Assembly (NCBI RefSeq): GCF_963921235.1
Contig: NC_086097.1
Location: forward strand, 197,100,001-197,164,000
DNA: 64,000 nucleotides
Direction of reading: 5' to 3'
Source of the DNA: Mobula hypostoma
Lineage: Eukaryota
A program made the position numbers and the translations under genes. Under the pieces are notes generated by a model that worked only from the letters and a program-made list of their open reading frames with translations, did no database searches and was not told the origin of the DNA. Each line of letters opens with the position of its first letter. Within the stretch, counting starts at the first letter, position 1. Positions 62,896-64,000 of the stretch are shown here, in pieces.

Positions 62896-64000
62896 GGAAT
62901 TGCGGGGGCCCTGGCAGAAATATTTAAATAGTCGCTGTATATGGGTGAAGTGCAGGAGGATTGGAGAGTGGCTCATGTTGTTCCGTTGTTTAAAAAAGGA
63001 TTGAAAAGTAATCCGGGAAATTATAGGCCAGTGAGTTTAACGTCAGTAGTAGGTAAGTTATTGGAGGGAGTACTAAGAGACAGAATCGACAAGCATTTGG
63101 ATAGACGGGCTTATTAGGGAGAGTCAACATGGCTTTGTGCGTGGTAGGTCATGTTTGACCAATCTGTTGGAGTTTTTCGAGGAGGTTACCAGGAAGGTGG
63201 ATGAAGGGAAGGCAGTGGATATTGTCTCCATGGACTTCAGTAAGGCCTTTGACAAGGTCCCGCATGGGAGGTTAGTTAGGAAAATTCAGTCGCTAGGTAT
63301 ACATGGAGAGGTGGTAAATTGGATTAGACATTGGCTCGATGGAAGAAGCCAGAGAGTGGTGGTAGAGAATTGCTTCTCTGAGTGGAAGCCTGTGACTAGT
63401 GGTGTGCCACAGGGATCAGTGCTGGGTCCATTGTTATTTGTCATCTATATCAATGATCTGGATGATAATGTGGTAAATTGGATCAGCAAGTTTGCTGATG
63501 ATACAAAGATTGGAGGTGTAGTAGACAGTGAGGAAGGTTTTCAGAGCCTGCAGAGGGACTTGGACCATCTGGAAAAATGAGCTGAAAAATGGCAGATGGA
63601 GTTTAATACTGACAAGTGTGAGGTATTGCATGTGGAAGGACAAACCAAGGTAGAAGGTTAATGGTAAGGCACTGAGGAGTGCAGTGGAACAGAGGGATCT
63701 GGGAATACAGATACAAAATTCCCTAAAAGTGTCGTCACAGGTAGATAGGGTCGTAAAGAGAGCTTTTGGTACATTGGCCTTTATTAATCGAAGTATTGGG
63801 TGTAAGAGCTGGAATGTTATGATGAGGTTGTATAAGGCATTGGTGAGGCCGAATCTGGAGTATTGTGTTCAGTTTTGGTCACCAAATTACAGGAAGGATA
63901 TAAATAAGGTTGAAAGAGTGCAGAGAAGGTTTACAAGGATGTTGCCGGGACTTGAGAAACTCAGTTACAGAGAAAGGTTGAATAGGTTAGGACTTTATTC
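62896..64000 (+). mobile_element. 5'-truncated CR1 RT fragment (continues past window)
   Basis: SCLTNLLEFF, DFSKAFDKVPH, GVPQGSVLGP, KFADDTK; same subfamily as 6053-6825. Confidence 0.92.

Noticed and set aside
1..64000. CRISPR arrays, retrons, DGRs or other prokaryotic RT systems
   Set aside because: The sequence is spliced vertebrate DNA; all RTs belong to CR1, Rex1, L1 or Penelope clades and no regularly spaced repeat array was seen

Overview
Eukaryotic (vertebrate) DNA. The repeat landscape (CR1, Penelope/Neptune, Rex1/Babar, V-SINE, Tc1, hAT) suggests a cartilaginous fish, probably a ray; this is an inference. The only host gene is THOC1 (THO complex subunit 1) on the minus strand. Coding exons 1-12 (ATG at 43563 down to 1780) all have GT-AG boundaries and consistent phases, giving 1016 coding nt, and the gene continues off the left edge. 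Its GC/CpG-rich promoter lies near 43.3-43.8 kb. The rest, including almost all of 44-64 kb, is nested and mostly decayed transposable elements. These include a full-length CR1 LINE (Zn-finger/SGNH-esterase ORF1, 7-bp TSD), a complete IR/DR Tc1 (DD34E), two hAT MITEs, Rex1 LINEs, a Penelope RT+GIY-YIG element and a tRNA-derived SINE. The most interesting structure is RNA-level and mechanistic: (i) minimal hammerhead ribozyme motifs in the Penelope termini; (ii) a series of short, mostly fold-back Penelope insertions with 13-15 bp TSDs; (iii) a Rex1 internal duplication whose copies differ almost only at synonymous sites; (iv) several locally templated inverted insertions; (v) a hAT MITE carrying a CR1 3' end. 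No clearly new protein-coding system was found; most ORFs in the supplied track are TE-derived or spurious.
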